Notes: generated by a model from the letters alone, not told the origin. DNA of 41,636 nucleotides from an archaeon (GCA_002687815.1 NZBH01000008.1:1-41636); one strand, 5' to 3'. Shown: positions 7,671-15,591, counted from the stretch's first letter. A program made the numbers and translations.

Positions 7671-9529
7671 CGTTTTAATTCCTTATATTTACTTGGTATT
7701 TGTTCTATAAAATGAGATCGATAATAATAAGTTTCTTGACCGTACTTATAACGTCTTTTTGAATAAGTTAAATAAGCCTTATTCTTTGCTCTAGTAAGGG
7801 CTACATAAAATAATCGTCTTTCTTCTTCTAATTCTTTATGTGTATCTACTGGTAATGGAAATAATCCCTCCATTAACCCACAAATAAATATTACTGAATA
7901 TTCTAATCCTTTTGATGCATGTGCAGTCATTAAAGTAATACAATTTTTATTATCCTCTTTATTTGATGCTGCTAATGCTGCATCTTGAAGAAAATTAGTT
8001 AATTCTAATGAATCTGTTTCTTCTAAACTAATTAAAGTATTAATGAGTTCCATGATATTTCCATTCCTATCTATATCACTATTTTCATTTATATCAGTCC
8101 AATATTCTCTTATTTTAAAAGTAGTTATAATATCTTTTATTAAGATAGATATAGTCTTATGTTCTTTATAATTATTCTTTAATGTTATAATATTATTATA
8201 AAAATTAGTATGTATTTCTTGACATGATTCAAATAAAGTATTATTATTATTAAAGTCAGCTAAGTTTACTAACTTTTCCATAGATTTTTTCCCAAAACCT
8301 TTTGGAGGAAAATTAATTACTCTGTTTAATGCTATATTATCTTTAGTATTATTAATTAATTTTAAAAATGATATAATATCTTTTATTTCTTTTCTAGCAT
8401 AAAAATTAAGACCTCCCACAATGCGATATGGAATATTATTTCTTCTAGCTAAATCTTCCAATACTCTACTTTGAATATTAGTTCTATAAAGAATAGCAAT
8501 ATCTTCATATTTATGTTTTGTATTTAAAGTTCTAATTTCTGAAATAATTCTAGATGCTTCTTCATATTCATTTGGTTCTTTAAAAATAGTAATTCTTTTC
8601 TTATCATCAGATCTATTAGGTATTAATTTTTTATCAGTTTTATTTATATTTAAATCTATTATATTTTGAGCAGCCTGTATAATCCTAGGACGAGATCTAT
8701 AGTTTATTTCTAATTTAGATACCTTACAATCAGGATAGTAAATATTAAAGTTTAGTAAATAATCAATATCAGATCCTCTCCATCCATATATACTTTGATT
8801 ATCATCCCCTACAACACAGAGTTTTGTTTTTTTACCTACCAGTTTTCTAATTATTTCAAACTGAGGTTTATTAGTATCTTGGAATTCATCTACAAAAATA
8901 TATTTATATTTTTCTTGTAAAACTGTTCGTATATCATTATCCTCTAAAATATCAAGAGTTAATAATAATAAATCATCAAAATCTATTGAATTATTTTGAG
9001 CTAGTATTTCATTATACTCTTGATATAAAGTTATAAATTCTAAAGAAGAACTATCTTCTAATATATGCATCATACTATCGGGAGTCTTCATATTATTTTT
9101 AGAAAAAGATATATCATTTTTTAATTTATATGAAGTATATTTAGAGTCTGGATAATTTTCAAGAATTTTTTCTATAACTTTAATTTGATCCTTTTCATCA
9201 TATATTGTAAAATTTGATTCTAGATTTACTTTTGTATAATATGTTCTAAGAATTCTATTACATAATGAATGAAATGTACAGGCTAATACACCGCTAGACT
9301 GTCCTATAAGAGTTGCTATTCGATCCTTCATTTCGTTGGCTGCTTTATTAGTAAATGTTATAGCCACTATACTATGTCCTGGTACTTTTTGATCACAAAG
9401 ATAAGCTATTTTATGTGTTAAAGTTCGTGTTTTACCACTTCCAGCACCGGCTAGTATTATTTGATGATTATCATTAAATAAAACAGCACTTTTCTGTTCT
9501 TGATTCAAGTCTTGTAAAATTTTATTCAT
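7667..9529 (-). CDS. UvrD/PcrA/Rep-type SF1A DNA helicase
   Basis: LNQEQKSAV...ILAGAGSGKTRTLTHKIAYL (Walker A), VDEFQDTN, GDDNQSIYGWRG, TAHASKGLEYSVIF, RRLFYVALTRAK. Confidence 0.9.
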   Translation of the reverse strand: MNKILQDLNQEQKSAVLFNDNHQIILAGAGSGKTRTLTHKIAYLCDQKVPGHSIVAITFTNKAANEMKDRIATLIGQSSGVLACTFHSLCNRILRTYYTKVNLESNFTIYDEKDQIKVIEKILENYPDSKYTSYKLKNDISFSKNNMKTPDSMMHILEDSSSLEFITLYQEYNEILAQNNSIDFDDLLLLTLDILEDNDIRTVLQEKYKYIFVDEFQDTNKPQFEIIRKLVGKKTKLCVVGDDNQSIYGWRGSDIDYLLNFNIYYPDCKVSKLEINYRSRPRIIQAAQNIIDLNINKTDKKLIPNRSDDKKRITIFKEPNEYEEASRIISEIRTLNTKHKYEDIAILYRTNIQSRVLEDLARRNNIPYRIVGGLNFYARKEIKDIISFLKLINNTKDNIALNRVINFPPKGFGKKSMEKLVNLADFNNNNTLFESCQEIHTNFYNNIITLKNNYKEHKTISILIKDIITTFKIREYWTDINENSDIDRNGNIMELINTLISLEETDSLELTNFLQDAALAASNKEDNKNCITLMTAHASKGLEYSVIFICGLMEGLFPLPVDTHKELEEERRLFYVALTRAKNKAYLTYSKRRYKYGQETYYYRSHFIEQIPSKYKELKR

Positions 9530-9567
9530 ATTTTATATTATTAGTTTTTTTAATTAAAGGTTCGGGT

Positions 9568-11439
9568 CTATTTTGATAATGTTACTATTTTAGTCTCTAC
9601 AATAGTATTATCTTTTATTAATGAAATAAAATATATTCCACTAGAAACTTTTTCTGCATTCCAAGTTACATTATATGCACCAGGTAACGGAGAACCATCA
9701 AACAAAGTTTTTATTTGTTTACCTGAAATATCTCTAACTTTAAGAAATATATTAGAATACATTGGTACATTATATTTTATAGTAACGGAATTATTAAATG
9801 GATTGGGATAGGGTGCACCAAGACTATATGTTAAGGGATTTATAGAGTAATTATTTTCTACAGATAAAAGACAATCTTGCCAAGTAATTATATGATCTGA
9901 AATACAAGAAGGATATGGATAACAGAAATTATTCTCAGTTAAACCTATAGTTATTTCATTATCAATAAGAATACAAATACTGTCTGAGAAAATCTCTCCA
10001 AGATTGTTATCATGTAAAAAAAGATAATTTAATTCAGGTAAAATAAAAATAGAATTAGGAATATTTCCAATTAAATTATTTTTTGATAAAATAATACTAT
10101 TTAAATTTGATAAATTTCCAATATTTTCTGGAATCTTACCCCCAATATTATTATTACCTAAATTTAAAGTTTTTAATTCTGTTAAATTTCCAATAGATTC
10201 AGGAATTTGACCAGTAAGTCCTTCTTCATATAATTTTAATTCTATTAATCTTCCATTAAACCAAACTTGATCCCCTATAGATACCGGATCTTGTCCTTGT
10301 AATTCTTCAAATGAATCAACAAAGTTTTGTAAGATATCAATATCATTTTGAGAATAATAATCAGAATTACAATCAAACCATTGCATAGTTGAATCGGAGA
10401 ATGGTGAATTAAAAACAAATAATCCATTTTCTCTATCACTTGATATAAGATATCCACTAGGTAACTCAGTATATACACCCCAATTTCCACTAAACGGAGC
10501 CTCTAGATTTGTAGTATCGTAATAACCAATTTCAATTGGATTAAATGGATCAGATATATCAAGAACACGAGTTCCAGCTGTGTAATAAGATATTACTACA
10601 AATCCATCTTTAACATATACATTATGAGCAGATTGAACAAAAGATGTATAAATACCTTCGAAAGTTTGATATTCAGATAATAAATTTATATTATTATAAT
10701 TTGAAATATCCCATATTTTAACATGCCCTCCTATATTTTCATCAGCTGTAATTAGATATTTTTCATCTGCCGTTACCGCTACATCATGAAGACTTATATA
10801 GCCTCCTCCAGAGTCCCAAATACCGATAGTCTCTGGATTAGTTTTATTACTTACATCAATAATATAGAAATATCCTGTATATATTCCCGCTCCATATACT
10901 TTATTATTATATACTTCAATATCATGTAAATATCCACCTTCCCATGTACCAATTAATTCTGGTAATTCTGGAGTGCTTAAATCATAAATCCATATATCAT
11001 GATCATTAGCACCCACTACGTAAAGATAACCATCTGCATCAATATGAATATTATGACTATTAGTAATAGCAGTAATAGTATGTACTAAAATAGGAGTATA
11101 AGGATCTTCAACACTTACTATTTTTATTCCATCTGCTGCTTCTGTTCCTATATAAACATATTTATTCCAATATTTTATATCTCTCCATTCACTAAAAGTA
11201 CCCTCTATATATTCAATCTCAACTGGTTGAGTTGGAACCGTAATATCTATAAATGATACTCCTTCTGTAAGACCTACTACAGCAAATTCTTTGCCATCTA
11301 ATTCAAATCCTGTTAAATCAGATACTCCTTGATTGTCAAAATCATTAAATATACTAAGTAATTCTATATTACAGCTTTCTCCCGCAGACTGAGAAAATAG
11401 TGAAGTAAACATTATTAAATAAATTAAATAATATTTCAT
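9568..11439 (-). CDS. secreted protein: signal peptide + LVIVD-repeat beta-propeller + plant-type LRRs + T9SS (Por) C-terminal sorting domain
   Basis: The track start at 11448 is a TTG. The ATG at 11439 gives MKYYLIYLIMFTSLFSQSAG, a signal peptide. Repeated xxVxDISxP motifs (IWIYDLSTP, FYIIDVSNKTNP, VKIWDISN, TRVLDISDPFNP). LRRs: LTGQIPESIGNLTELKTLNLGNNNIGGKIPENIGNLSNL. C-terminus: YPNPFNNSVTIKYNVP...ISGKQIKTLFDG...GAYNVTWNAEKVSSGIYFISL. Confidence 0.8.
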   Translation of the reverse strand: MKYYLIYLIMFTSLFSQSAGESCNIELLSIFNDFDNQGVSDLTGFELDGKEFAVVGLTEGVSFIDITVPTQPVEIEYIEGTFSEWRDIKYWNKYVYIGTEAADGIKIVSVEDPYTPILVHTITAITNSHNIHIDADGYLYVVGANDHDIWIYDLSTPELPELIGTWEGGYLHDIEVYNNKVYGAGIYTGYFYIIDVSNKTNPETIGIWDSGGGYISLHDVAVTADEKYLITADENIGGHVKIWDISNYNNINLLSEYQTFEGIYTSFVQSAHNVYVKDGFVVISYYTAGTRVLDISDPFNPIEIGYYDTTNLEAPFSGNWGVYTELPSGYLISSDRENGLFVFNSPFSDSTMQWFDCNSDYYSQNDIDILQNFVDSFEELQGQDPVSIGDQVWFNGRLIELKLYEEGLTGQIPESIGNLTELKTLNLGNNNIGGKIPENIGNLSNLNSIILSKNNLIGNIPNSIFILPELNYLFLHDNNLGEIFSDSICILIDNEITIGLTENNFCYPYPSCISDHIITWQDCLLSVENNYSINPLTYSLGAPYPNPFNNSVTIKYNVPMYSNIFLKVRDISGKQIKTLFDGSPLPGAYNVTWNAEKVSSGIYFISLIKDNTIVETKIVTLSK

Positions 11440-11500
11440 AAATTCCAATTTTTTATAGTTTTAAAAATCAATACTAAAGGTTCGTCCCTAAAGAATATGT

Positions 11501-11530
11501 AAAAAATGGGGGGAGAAACCCTCCCCCCAT
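11501..11530 (-). terminator. Rho-independent terminator
   Basis: On the - strand: ATGGGGGGAG-GGTTT-CTCCCCCCAT (10-bp stem) followed by TTTTTT, 20 nt after the stop of the 77-aa ORF. Confidence 0.85.
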
Positions 11531-11549
11531 TTACAGTGATATTACTATG

Positions 11550-11783
11550 TTAGCTTCTGTGGTAAAACATACCAATCAGAATCAACAGCGAAACCACGCC
11601 AGCAAAGCCAGCAGAACCAACGGCACCAACTAAACTTACAATATTTGTAAGTACGCTAGTTCCGAAGTATGCAGTTCCAAAAAGGATCTCGGTTAGCACT
11701 GCAAGTGCTACAAGCCCCATAGATAAATGGACTAAACCATCAACCCAATCGCCAACTGTGGCGAACATTGTTTTCGTATTCAT
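11550..11783 (-). CDS. small hydrophobic membrane protein, visibly G+C-richer than its surroundings
   Basis: 77 aa with 2-3 TM segments (LVALAVLTEILFG, VGAVGSAGFAGVVSLLILIGMF). Strong SD CAAGGAGA upstream and a strong terminator downstream. Confidence 0.7.
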   Translation of the reverse strand: MNTKTMFATVGDWVDGLVHLSMGLVALAVLTEILFGTAYFGTSVLTNIVSLVGAVGSAGFAGVVSLLILIGMFYHRS

Positions 11784-11799
11784 AGTATCTCCTTGTTTT

Positions 11800-12204
11800 T
11801 TAGTTAACCTTTATTTGCTTTGAAATAGTAGTCTTATTCGAGGCCGGAATTGTAATCCTAAGTAGTCCATCCTTAGCAATCGCTGTAATACTATCAATAT
11901 CACAATTTTCACTAAGTCTGAACGACCTTCGAAAGTTTCTAAGAACTAAGCTACTATCATTAGTTATGTCATTTTTACTACTGATAGTAAGGATATCATG
12001 AATAATATCAATATTAATATCCTTTTTTGCATAGCCTGGAACTGCCATTTCTACTACCTGGTCCCCATTTTTGTCAGTAAAATTACTATATGACACAGAG
12101 GATGAAGGCCTACTAAAAGGCCATTCAATTTCAGACGTAAATCCAGATAAGCCGTCTAACAGATTATGTAATCCGTTAGGTCTATTTGTTAATGAACTAT
12201 TCAT
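11800..12204 (-). CDS. small heat-shock protein, Hsp20/alpha-crystallin family
   Basis: VVEMAVPGYAKKDINIDIIHDILTISSK...FRRSFRLSENCDIDSITAIAKDGLLRITIP is the alpha-crystallin domain pattern. SD GAAGGAGA lies 5 nt upstream. Confidence 0.85.
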   Translation of the reverse strand: MNSSLTNRPNGLHNLLDGLSGFTSEIEWPFSRPSSSVSYSNFTDKNGDQVVEMAVPGYAKKDINIDIIHDILTISSKNDITNDSSLVLRNFRRSFRLSENCDIDSITAIAKDGLLRITIPASNKTTISKQIKVN

Positions 12205-12394
12205 TATTTTTATCTCCTTCGTTTATTTCTTCGTTATCTCCTTCGTTTATTTCTTCGAATTCCGCATCTATTATTTCTTCTAAAACATAAAAGCTATTTT
12301 TATTTTTTAGTACCAAATCAGCTTTATATTTTTTCTTTAAATTTGCGGTTTTATCAACACTACTAACGCTAATTTTTGCTAATATAATATACAT
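12197..12394 (-). CDS. hypothetical acidic protein
   Basis: The track start at 12421 is a GTG without an SD. The ATG at 12394 (MYIILAKI...) is preceded by AAGGA. The C-terminus is acidic and repeat-encoded. Confidence 0.5.
   Translation of the reverse strand: MYIILAKISVSSVDKTANLKKKYKADLVLKNKNSFYVLEEIIDAEFEEINEGDNEEINEGDKNNE
12210..12257. repeat. perfect 24-bp tandem duplication
   Basis: ttatctccttcgtttatttcttcg occurs twice in tandem. It encodes EEINEGDN/EEINEGDK at the C-terminus of the upstream ORF and duplicates the GAAGGAGA SD in front of hsp20. Confidence 0.95.
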
Positions 12395-12446
12395 TTTATC
12401 CTTATAAGTAAGTCGGTCCACTAAGTAATAGTATCAATAACTATGC

Positions 12447-12818
12447 CTAATTATGTTTACTGTCTATCTGACATATAGGTTCAAAATTAGCTTCCCATGT
12501 CTGCCATTCTTTTAATTCGATTAACTTGTCTTTTACTTTAGAATGCCATTCTATTGAATAGAACTCTTTTTTAAGCTCTGGAGTCCATCGAAATTCACAT
12601 GATTTAAGTCTAATTCGTTGTACTAACGAACCTTCTTTTTTTAAACCAAACTGTTTCCATAAATTCCAATACATAACTTCTTTTTTATCTTCTAAAGATC
12701 CTTTAGGTTCTTTTTCAAATAATTCATCGTTTATTGTATTAATTTGTTTTTTTATAGTCATTGTATAGTCCATTTTTTTTCCAATTTTCTTTCTCTGTTC
12801 TAAAGTAATATTTTCCAC
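12447..12818 (-). CDS. hypothetical protein (start uncertain)
   Basis: The track start is a GTG at 12818, overlapping the upstream gene by 80 nt. In-frame ATGs at 12773 and 12761 are alternatives. No recognisable motifs. Confidence 0.5.
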   Translation of the reverse strand: MENITLEQRKKIGKKMDYTMTIKKQINTINDELFEKEPKGSLEDKKEVMYWNLWKQFGLKKEGSLVQRIRLKSCEFRWTPELKKEFYSIEWHSKVKDKLIELKEWQTWEANFEPICQIDSKHN

Positions 12819-14001
12819 CTATACAGGCGGCGTCTGTAACTTGAATATACTCCATTATATGAGATCTAGTATCTTTGTTAACATGAGCAATTAAGAAACC
12901 ATTACCCCAACCTGCTAACTGCGCATCACAGTAACTAGCTTCTACAATATGACCAGCACCTAATTGATGCCATTCACATGATCCAAGATCATGATTAAAG
13001 AAAGGCCATACAATATGTTTGTGGTGATGTCCATTCCAACCAGGCATATTAGCTTTTTTTCCAGGAGGATAATGATGAGCCACAAATGTATTATAATATG
13101 TTTTCCAGTTCTTTTTCAACTCATTTTTTGGTATTTTCTTACCAAATACACCAGCATTGGCATTTGAAATATAATTTATTTCAAATCTATCTAATCCTAG
13201 CAACTCTCTTGTTGTCATTCCATGAAGTTCATCTAATAAGATAGGAACTCCTGGATTATTATCTTGTTGACTTTTTAATAATCTTAATTCATGATTACCT
13301 TCAATAAGATCAATATTAGCTGAAGGACAGGACTCACGTAAAGGTTTAAAAATGTTATTCCATACAAATTTTACTTTACCAGGTGCATCAAATTCTCTTG
13401 GATCAACATAATAAACACTAAATTCTGCTAAATCGAAAACATCTCCATTTAAGCAAATATCTGTAGGTTGTAGTCTTTTTGCAGTTTCCAAAAATACTCG
13501 AAGAAAAAACGGATCACATAAAGTATCATGAAAATCAGCTCCAACTAAGATTGTTTTCCATTTTGTTTTATGATCACGTTTATAGTCTTCCGCCCAATCA
13601 TGTCTTTCATTAAGAGCCCTATAATGGTCTACAGAAACATGTTTTGCTATGTCTCTCTCAAGAGCGTGCTGTTGTCTTGTTAATTTTATACCAGATTGTC
13701 TTTTAAATTCCTCAAAAGTACCAAAATATCTATTCCAAGTTGATTCTGAAATCGAAGAATTATTTCTAAAATAATTTCTAGTTATAATTTTCTCAGGCTC
13801 AGCTTCTGCCATAGTTTTTAATTCTTTAATACAATCTTCTTTAGTCCATCCAGGTTTAAATTTAGCCTTATTCTCTGACAACGGAACTTCAGCTTGATCT
13901 CTGAGTTTAGTCCTATAATCATCAACACTCATTTTAAGATCAAGTGCTGCTTCTTGTGTTGTTTTAAACATCTGTCTATGTTCTTTATAGTTAGTTGACA
14001 T
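12739..14001 (-). CDS. calcineurin-like metallophosphoesterase with N-terminal helical (homing-endonuclease-associated-repeat-like) region
   Basis: VGADFHD, LNGDVFDL, IEGNHELRL, HHYPP and GHHHKH are metallophosphatase motifs I-V. The N-terminal STWNRYFGTFEEFKRQSGI resembles the FGSW..A...AGL repeat. SD AAAGGAGA. Confidence 0.8.
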   Translation of the reverse strand: MSTNYKEHRQMFKTTQEAALDLKMSVDDYRTKLRDQAEVPLSENKAKFKPGWTKEDCIKELKTMAEAEPEKIITRNYFRNNSSISESTWNRYFGTFEEFKRQSGIKLTRQQHALERDIAKHVSVDHYRALNERHDWAEDYKRDHKTKWKTILVGADFHDTLCDPFFLRVFLETAKRLQPTDICLNGDVFDLAEFSVYYVDPREFDAPGKVKFVWNNIFKPLRESCPSANIDLIEGNHELRLLKSQQDNNPGVPILLDELHGMTTRELLGLDRFEINYISNANAGVFGKKIPKNELKKNWKTYYNTFVAHHYPPGKKANMPGWNGHHHKHIVWPFFNHDLGSCEWHQLGAGHIVEASYCDAQLAGWGNGFLIAHVNKDTRSHIMEYIQVTDAACIGGKYYFRTEKENWKKNGLYNDYKKTN

Positions 14002-14012
14002 AATAATCTCCT

Positions 14013-14348
14013 TTATTTACCCCATTTACCTATATCTACGATTTGTGCAATAATTCCATAAACTGATAAATCTTTAAAAGCATCTATAGCAGGCTCATTT
14101 TGAGCTTCTCGATTATTCTTTATAACTAAATTTATTAATCTTTGCACTTTATCATTCATTCGTACTATGAGTCCCACTTTACTTAATCTTAAGTCAGCTA
14201 CTGTATTTAGCTGAGTACCCATAGCAATATTAGAGGGACCGTAATCCATTTGTTTCATACAAAAAGTTTTATATTGCTCTTTTTGAATATTTTTAAACGC
14301 ATTAGCAGTCTCAGGATATTCTTTTTCAATGTATTTTATAGCATTCAT
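14013..14348 (-). CDS. DUF1599-like / MazG-related all-alpha NTP-pyrophosphohydrolase-fold protein
   Basis: KQMDYGPSNI...GLIVRMNDKVQRLINL...EPAIDAFKDLSVYGIIA fits the K..DYG...R..DK..RL...E...D..D...Y pattern as remembered for DUF1599. Confidence 0.55.
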   Translation of the reverse strand: MNAIKYIEKEYPETANAFKNIQKEQYKTFCMKQMDYGPSNIAMGTQLNTVADLRLSKVGLIVRMNDKVQRLINLVIKNNREAQNEPAIDAFKDLSVYGIIAQIVDIGKWGK

Positions 14349-14359
14349 TATTACCTCTT

Positions 14360-14650
14360 TTATGTTTTAGTAAATAAGTCTGGATCTATTTTTCCTACTT
14401 TTTTTTCTTGATGAATATTTGGATCATAATCTGATATTCCAATTACAATATAATCAAGTTCTTCAAAGAATTTTTTATAATCATTATCAGTTAATTCTCT
14501 TATTTCTTTTTGTGCAAGATCTTGTGGAATCTCTAGACTACCTTCTATAAAAAAGGCATTAACAATTTTATTCCACTTATATTCTTTTATAATATCATAG
14601 TACATATACTTCTCTTTAGTATATAATACTTCCATAACTCTATCAGACAT
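14360..14650 (-). CDS. hypothetical protein
   Basis: 96 aa with SD GGGAGA and ATG. Packed in the same-strand gene chain. Confidence 0.6.
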   Translation of the reverse strand: MSDRVMEVLYTKEKYMYYDIIKEYKWNKIVNAFFIEGSLEIPQDLAQKEIRELTDNDYKKFFEELDYIVIGISDYDPNIHQEKKVGKIDPDLFTKT

Positions 14651-14933
14651 TAAATCTCCCTGTAATTAGTTGTGCTATTGTTATATAATCATTTTTCTGT
14701 CTTTTAACATATAAATATACTGTAAAAATTAAACAAAATACAGCAGAACTTATCATAGTAGCTAAACCTACAACAGGTAGCATAGAATAAGCTAAATATG
14801 TACAAAATATATCCGTAACTACATAGTGTCCTATAAGAAGCCGTTTTATAATAATTGATGTTTTTTCTATAAGGACAACAGCAACAGCTGCTGTTAATGT
14901 ACCTGATATTAAACCAGTTATTACTTGAATCAT
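14643..14933 (-). CDS. small membrane protein (3 TM)
   Basis: 96 aa and strongly hydrophobic. Overlaps the downstream gene by 8 nt. Confidence 0.6.
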   Translation of the reverse strand: MIQVITGLISGTLTAAVAVVLIEKTSIIIKRLLIGHYVVTDIFCTYLAYSMLPVVGLATMISSAVFCLIFTVYLYVKRQKNDYITIAQLITGRFNV

Positions 14934-14935
14934 TT

Positions 14936-15205
14936 TTATTCCTTTTCTTTAGGTGGCCATTGTTTACTTTGAGTATGTATAACTTTTTTTATTTCTTTAT
15001 GTAAAGCAGCACTAGGAGTCCTAGTTTTAACATAAGATTGCATCATTTTAGTAAAGTCTTTATATTCATCTGAAAGACCCTCCATATTAAATTTATGTTT
15101 TCCAAAAATAACTTCCCGTCTTTTGTTTATAATAAATTCTTTTGCTTTAAAGTATGCTGTACTTATTCCAAATCCCAGTAGTCCTATTAAAATATAATCA
15201 ATCAT
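14936..15205 (-). CDS. hypothetical protein with N-terminal TM anchor
   Basis: 89 aa. MIDYILIGLLGFGISTAYF followed by a basic soluble tail. Confidence 0.6.
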   Translation of the reverse strand: MIDYILIGLLGFGISTAYFKAKEFIINKRREVIFGKHKFNMEGLSDEYKDFTKMMQSYVKTRTPSAALHKEIKKVIHTQSKQWPPKEKE

Positions 15206-15368
15206 TTATTATTCTCCTTATATTTACTTTAAATACTTCATCATAAGCTGTATCTTTTAGAAGTACTAATGCTTCTTTATCATTAAGATATTCAATAAAT
15301 GTTGCAGGTCTAATATTAGGATTGTAATAAGGAAATAATACCTTTATTTCCTGATTCAAATTAAACAT
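15198..15368 (-). CDS. small hypothetical protein (56 aa), absent from the ORF track
   Basis: My translation: MFNLNQEIKVLFPYYNPNIRPATFIEYLNDKEALVLLKDTAYDEVFKVNIRRIIND. Its stop overlaps the next ATG (ATGATTGA) and its ATG overlaps the upstream stop, which suggests translational coupling. Confidence 0.5.
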   Translation of the reverse strand: MFNLNQEIKVLFPYYNPNIRPATFIEYLNDKEALVLLKDTAYDEVFKVNIRRIIND

Positions 15369-15486
15369 ATTTTCTTTTCTTCTTAATTTTTCTTTGTTCT
15401 TTTAAACCATGGCCGGAACAATAGGGTTTATTATTCATATATACAGTTGCTTTGCTTGTACATATAGTACAATCTATATTATTCAT
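15361..15486 (-). CDS. small zinc-ribbon-like protein (41 aa), absent from the ORF track
   Basis: My translation: MNNIDCTICTSKATVYMNNKPYCSGHGLKEQRKIKKKRKYV. CxxC...CxxH with a basic tail. SD AGAAAGGA lies upstream. Confidence 0.5.
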   Translation of the reverse strand: MNNIDCTICTSKATVYMNNKPYCSGHGLKEQRKIKKKRKYV

Positions 15487-15591
15487 ACCGTCCTTTCTAT
15501 TTTAATTAAGGCTTTACTTAATATTTGAGCTATTATTTTTTCTGAGCCATTATTAATAGTACCTATAATAAATATTAAATCTTTTATTTCA

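Noticed and set aside
9568-11783. The T9SS-cargo / GC-richer region as a host flank or prophage boundary.
   Set aside because: It is flanked on both sides by same-strand phage-type genes (uvrD-like, hsp20, replication module). The cargo gene has the same AT-rich composition as the backbone. No att-like or integrase features are present.
12739-12818. Programmed frameshift fusing the metallophosphoesterase to the 123-aa ORF via the A8 and A7 runs in their 80-nt overlap.
   Set aside because: The downstream frame is +1 (not -1) relative to the upstream one. No stimulatory structure is evident. Simple alternative starts (ATG 12773 or 12761) explain the arrangement.
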